Source: Crenarchaeota archaeon 13_1_40CM_3_52_17 (GTDB taxonomy: Archaea > Thermoproteota > Bathyarchaeia > 40CM-2-53-6). From it: a stretch of DNA of 64,000 nucleotides. The stretch covers positions 2,435 through 66,434 of the forward strand of contig MNGN01000053.1 of assembly GCA_001918745.1 (NCBI GenBank), in the 5' to 3' direction. The position numbers were made by a program, and so were the translations under genes. The notes beneath the pieces are model-generated. The model saw only the letters and a program-made list of their open reading frames with translations. It was not told the DNA's origin and did no database searches. Below are positions 63,062 through 64,000 of this stretch, one piece after another. Position 1 is the first letter of the stretch. Each line of letters opens with the position of its first letter.

Positions 63062-64000
63062 TGAGGAAACTAGGCATAACCACGATCGCATCGTTCGCGG
63101 TGAACGTGATCTTGAGCCTCTGGCTTGTTAACCAGTACTTCTACGATGTATACTTCCACTCTTATGTTGACGCTACTCTCGGACCGGTCTATCCGTTCAT
63201 AGTTCTCACGGCAGGCCTCGGTGGCGGCTCTAGTCTCGGATATCTTCTCTTGAAGAGAAGACACGGAGGAGACGAGACCGGAAGACTAGAGAAGGCTAGA
63301 CTGTTCAAGTCGAGCGGGCCTGTACAGACGCCTGGAAGCCTCGCATCTCCTCAAGGCAAGATCATGCCGACCGGACCTCCTCCAGGTCAGGTTTCCCGGC
63401 ACACTGCATATGCTGTTCCGCCGTTGCCCAAGAGCTCGCCTTCTACAGGAGGTGGGACGCGCGGTACGGTTCCGTCCTCAATGGCCGTTTCCTCCAAGAA
63501 TGCTACCTCGATTTCGACATCTCAAAGACTGGACCAGATTACTCAGCCTTCGACTTCGATCTTGAACTCGACGCTGAGGGACCAGTACAGGCCGGAGCAA
63601 ACAGCAAGGCCTATGCCTTCTGTTCCTCCTCCGTCTGCGCCAGTTCGGGGCGAGGGTGGTGGTCCAGTGAATAGGATTCCGCCTGAGCCGTCGCGGATGA
63701 GTTTTCCATCGCAGTGGAAGCCTGAGCCAGATCAACCTGTCGAGCGGCGTCCGGACGCTGGAAACGTCTTTCCAAGGCCGAGCCCTGTTGACCAGAAGAC
63801 AGGGTCTGAATCTCCAGGTTTTGGTGGTCCTGTTGGGCAGGTTCCGAAGCCTCCGCAGGCGTCTCAGACTCCGTTTCCGGTCTCGAAATGGGTTGCTCCT
63901 GATCAACGGGGAAACCAGTGGACTGATCCAGTTCCCAAGCCAGGGCTTGCGGCTCCTCAGAAGTGGGCTCCTCCGCCGAGTCAAGGAGTTGGGCCTCGTC
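63061..64000 (+). CDS. 2-TM membrane protein with a long Pro/Ser/Gly-rich tail; runs off the window end (not in the ORF track)
   Basis: Hand translation from ATG 63061 (TGATG overlap with the preceding stop) gives MRKLGITTIASFAVNVILSLWLVNQYFYDVYFHSYVDATLGPVYPFIVLTAGLGGG...LLLKRRHGG, then more than 230 residues of low-complexity P/S/G/Q sequence with W-x-P motifs. No stop occurs before 64000. Confidence 0.55.
   Translation, partial: MRKLGITTIASFAVNVILSLWLVNQYFYDVYFHSYVDATLGPVYPFIVLTAGLGGGSSLGYLLLKRRHGGDETGRLEKARLFKSSGPVQTPGSLASPQGKIMPTGPPPGQVSRHTAYAVPPLPKSSPSTGGGTRGTVPSSMAVSSKNATSISTSQRLDQITQPSTSILNSTLRDQYRPEQTARPMPSVPPPSAPVRGEGGGPVNRIPPEPSRMSFPSQWKPEPDQPVERRPDAGNVFPRPSPVDQKTGSESPGFGGPVGQVPKPPQASQTPFPVSKWVAPDQRGNQWTDPVPKPGLAAPQKWAPPPSQGVGPR

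Noticed and set aside
63478-63984. 168 aa Arg-rich minus-strand ORF
   Set aside because: It is the antisense shadow of the Pro/Ser/Gly-rich tail of the plus-strand ORF starting at 63061. That ORF has a credible 2-TM N-terminus homologous to two other proteins in the window.

Overview
This looks like a chromosomal segment from an archaeon. Archaeal markers are GatD/GatE, Elp3, RadA, NucS/EndoMS, an Sm-like protein, GHMP-type shikimate kinase, type II dehydroquinate synthase, ADH synthase and TnpB relics. No rRNA gene, tRNA gene or CRISPR array was found by eye.

Main blocks:
- (1) 0.2-6.9 kb: GT2 glycosyltransferase, Elp3, gatD-gatE, Lrp/AsnC.
- (2) 6.8-22.8 kb: one uninterrupted 16-gene minus-strand run, aspartate kinase-asd-aroA'-aroB'-aroD-aroE-aroK-aroA-aroC-tyrA(CM/PDH)-trpEGDCBA.
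- (3) 23.6-23.8 kb: a roughly 190 bp array of a degenerate 12 bp repeat upstream of glmS.
- (4) glmS, cofD-cofC (F420 synthesis), a solitary ECF-S-like membrane protein, purA.
- (5) 29.8-34.2 kb: tatA-tatA-tatC, then wHTH regulator, small membrane protein, Tat-signal ORF and DUF4331 protein.
- (6) 34.3-40.9 kb: etfBA facing fixCX, several unknown ORFs, and an acyl-CoA dehydrogenase.
- (7) 41.5-47.5 kb: PfkB kinase, split transketolase with rpe between the halves, transaldolase, pyrG.
- (8) Sm, methyltransferase, nucS, Dpm1-like GT2, a disulfide oxidoreductase, trmI.
- (9) 54.0-58.8 kb: a tightly overlapping mixed operon (CBS-pyrC-Mut7C-AMMECR1-GT-membrane).
- (10) 58.8-64 kb: radA bracketed by TnpB relics, and a small 2-TM paralog family.

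Most notable observations:
- Three conserved genes (gatE, etfB, trpE) have conserved N-termini with no ATG/GTG/TTG. ATA or CTG sits where orthologs have Met, gatE is in frame with gatD across a single TAG, and trpE has a G6-tract frameshift alternative.
- The 12 bp periodic array upstream of glmS.
- An in-frame TAG separates a Tat-signal ORF from a DUF4331 protein, next to the Tat translocon genes.
- A conserved nucleotide module at the 3' end of three TnpB-related loci, one of them an orphan fragment. This fits an omega-RNA or IS right end.

All calls come from reading the translations and sequence; no database search was run.
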